This document shows positions 30,263 through 32,000 of a DNA stretch of 32,000 nucleotides, in pieces. The first letter of the stretch is position 1. Each line of letters starts with the position of its first letter. Under the pieces are notes generated by a model that made no database searches, was not told where the DNA came from, and worked only from the letters and a program-made list of their open reading frames with translations. Both the position numbers and the translations under genes were made by a program. The stretch covers positions 300,001-332,000 of the forward strand of contig JAJRVL010000004.1 of NCBI GenBank assembly GCA_024277355.1. Reading direction: 5' to 3'. This DNA is from an archaeon (GTDB lineage: Archaea; Iainarchaeota; Iainarchaeia; Iainarchaeales; 1-14-0-10-31-34).

Positions 30263-31669
30263 TTAGATTTTCTTCCATCTTGCACCGTCTTTTGCGTCAC
30301 TTAATTCAATTCCTTTTTTCTTTAATTCTTCCCTTAATTTATCTGCTTTACTCCAGTTTTTTTCTTTTCTTGCTTTTTCTCTTTCATTAATTAAATTCAT
30401 TAATTCTTTATCTAATTTTTCTTCTTTAAAATCCATTACACCTAAAACTAAATTAACTTTCTTCATAAAAAATAAAATTTTTTCTGATTGTTTTTCAGAT
30501 AAATTTCCTTCAGAAATTAATTTGTTTATTTCTTTCATAAAATCATTTAATGACGTTAAAGCAAGACTAATATTTAAGTCATCATCTAAAGCTTTAACAA
30601 AAGAATTTTCTGCTTCTTTAACAACCAAATCAATTTCTTTTAGTTTTATTTCTTTTGTTTTATTTTGTTTAATTCCATTTAGTTTTGAAATAAATTCATT
30701 AAATTTTTCTATTTTTTTTTCTGATTCCTTTACTGCTTTTTCAGTGAAATTTAATTCACTCCTATAATGAGTTGATAATAAAGTAAAACGAATTGCTTCA
30801 GGAGAAAAACCTTTTTTTATTAAATCCCTTAAAGTATAAAAATTTCCTAAAGATTTAGACATTTTTTCTCCATTAACAATTAAATGAGAACAATGCAGCC
30901 AAAAATTCACAAACTTTTTTCCTGTTGCTCCTTCACTTTGAGCGATTTCATTTTCATGATGAGGAAATTTGTTGTCTATTCCTCCTGTATGAATGTCAAA
31001 TGAATTTCCTAAATGTTTCATACTCATAGCAGAACATTCAATATGCCAGCCTGGTCTTCCTTTTCCTAATTCTGTTTCCCAAAAAACATTCCCATCTTCT
31101 ACTGAATAAGCCTTCCATAAAGCAAAATCTCTTGCGTTTTCTTTTTCATATTCATCCTGTGAAACTCTTGCACCTTCTTTTAATTCCTCAATTTTAAAAC
31201 CTGAAAGTTTACCGTAATTTTTAAATTTTTTAATTGAAAAATAAATACTATTGTCATCTCCTTTGTAAGCCAGACCTTTTTTCAGTAATTTTTTAATTAA
31301 TTCAACCATTTCAGGAATTGTTTTTGTTGCTTCAGGATAAAACTCTGCTTTTTCAATATTTAAAATCTTTAAATCCTCAAAAAAAGATTTTTTGAATTTA
31401 TCTGTAAAATCAGTTAATGAAAGATTTTCTTTAATTGAACCTTTAATTGTCTTATCATCAACATCAGTTAAATTCATTACCTGAATTACTTTAAAACCCT
31501 TAAATTTCAGGTAACGCCTTAACAAATCCTCAAAAATATATGCCCTAAAATTTCCTATATGTGCAAAATCATATACTGTTGGACCGCAAGTATACATTTT
31601 GACTTCATTGTCTTTCAAAGACTTAAATGACTCGTTTTTTTTTGTTAAAGAATTATAAAATGAAAGCAT
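30263..31669 (-). CDS. cysS: Cysteinyl-tRNA synthetase
   Basis: It has the class I motifs HIGN (FAHIGNFR) and KMSKSLGN, plus WHIECS and HTGGIDNKFPHHENE. Confidence 0.97.
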   Translation of the reverse strand: MLSFYNSLTKKNESFKSLKDNEVKMYTCGPTVYDFAHIGNFRAYIFEDLLRRYLKFKGFKVIQVMNLTDVDDKTIKGSIKENLSLTDFTDKFKKSFFEDLKILNIEKAEFYPEATKTIPEMVELIKKLLKKGLAYKGDDNSIYFSIKKFKNYGKLSGFKIEELKEGARVSQDEYEKENARDFALWKAYSVEDGNVFWETELGKGRPGWHIECSAMSMKHLGNSFDIHTGGIDNKFPHHENEIAQSEGATGKKFVNFWLHCSHLIVNGEKMSKSLGNFYTLRDLIKKGFSPEAIRFTLLSTHYRSELNFTEKAVKESEKKIEKFNEFISKLNGIKQNKTKEIKLKEIDLVVKEAENSFVKALDDDLNISLALTSLNDFMKEINKLISEGNLSEKQSEKILFFMKKVNLVLGVMDFKEEKLDKELMNLINEREKARKEKNWSKADKLREELKKKGIELSDAKDGARWKKI

Positions 31670-31743
31670 AATAACCTACAAAAATATTAAACAAAAAAGT
31701 TTATATTAAATTAATGCAGTAAATTAATCAAAGAAAAGATATT

Positions 31744-32000
31744 ATGCCTGCAAAAACTCCAAGAAAACCAATTTTAAGAAGAACATTAAATGCTAAAGAT
31801 ATGAAATTTATAAATAAACTTTACTCTGAGAAAAGAATTAAACCTCTTTCAACAGAAAAAAAACCCAATGCAGTTATAAGAATGAGAAAAATGGGAGATT
31901 ATCTTATAAAAAGAAGATTCAGACAGACACCAGAACAAAAACAAGTTGTAGAAATTCTTTATGGAAAAAACAAAGCAGCAAAAAAAGCAGAATTAATTTT
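31744..32000 (+). CDS. Hypothetical basic protein, 3'-truncated by the window edge
   Basis: An ATG at 31744 opens a frame that stays open to nt 32000 (MPAKTPRKPILRRTLNAKDMKF...). A promoter-like AAAAAAGTTTATATTAAA lies at 31693-31710. This ORF is absent from the ORF track because no stop falls inside the window. Confidence 0.4.
   Translation, partial: MPAKTPRKPILRRTLNAKDMKFINKLYSEKRIKPLSTEKKPNAVIRMRKMGDYLIKRRFRQTPEQKQVVEILYGKNKAAKKAELI

Noticed and set aside
1-32000. A diversity-generating retroelement, a defence island or an integrated mobile element, as sometimes found in DPANN genomes.
   Set aside because: I recognised no reverse transcriptase, integrase, DDE transposase, cas gene, restriction-modification gene or TR/VR repeat pair in any frame. 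The only accessory-type module is the small RelE-type toxin-antitoxin pair.

Overview
This is an AT-rich, gene-dense chromosomal segment with about 40 CDS and 2 tRNAs. It comes from an archaeon, and by inference from a small-genome DPANN-like lineage. Archaeal markers read from the ORFs are an HMf-type histone, a Hef helicase/XPF nuclease, ribosomal protein S8e, an NMD3-family protein, a KH-less beta-CASP RNase (aCPSF2-like), an STT3/AglB-like protein, FtsZ, and two tRNA genes split by introns at position 37/38. Mixed in are genes of typically bacterial flavour: the MEP-pathway genes ispE (frame-broken) and ispG, nadE-nadC-nadD, CbiM with a PDGLE domain, a RelE-type toxin-antitoxin pair, a KamA-family radical-SAM enzyme and a fused AdoMet-decarboxylase/spermidine synthase. 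I found no rRNA, CRISPR array, intact transposase or recognisable defence island. The most unusual features are non-coding. (1) A roughly 100-nt island of about 51% G+C with four hairpins and a duplicated 22-nt palindromic module lies downstream of tRNA-Asp (14013-14116). (2) Both tRNA introns are very long (about 149 and 128 nt) and are built from perfect A/T palindromes. (3) A palindromic word, AAAACTTTTT-N3-AAAAAGTTTT, recurs at gene ends, and two shorter-armed variants (AAACTTTTTT-CGC-AAAAAAGTTT and AAACTTTTC-TGC-GAAAAGTTT) lie inside the tRNA-Arg intron. Its half-site matches the promoter-like box seen upstream of several genes. Protein-level oddities are a secreted cytochrome b5 lipoprotein next to an MsrQ-like heme membrane protein, an LPETN sortase-like C-terminal signal, an S8e with a ~70-aa Lys/Glu tail, and a secreted SNase-LTD nuclease inside a metal-transport cluster. 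All functional calls rest on motifs I could read in the translations. No database search was run.
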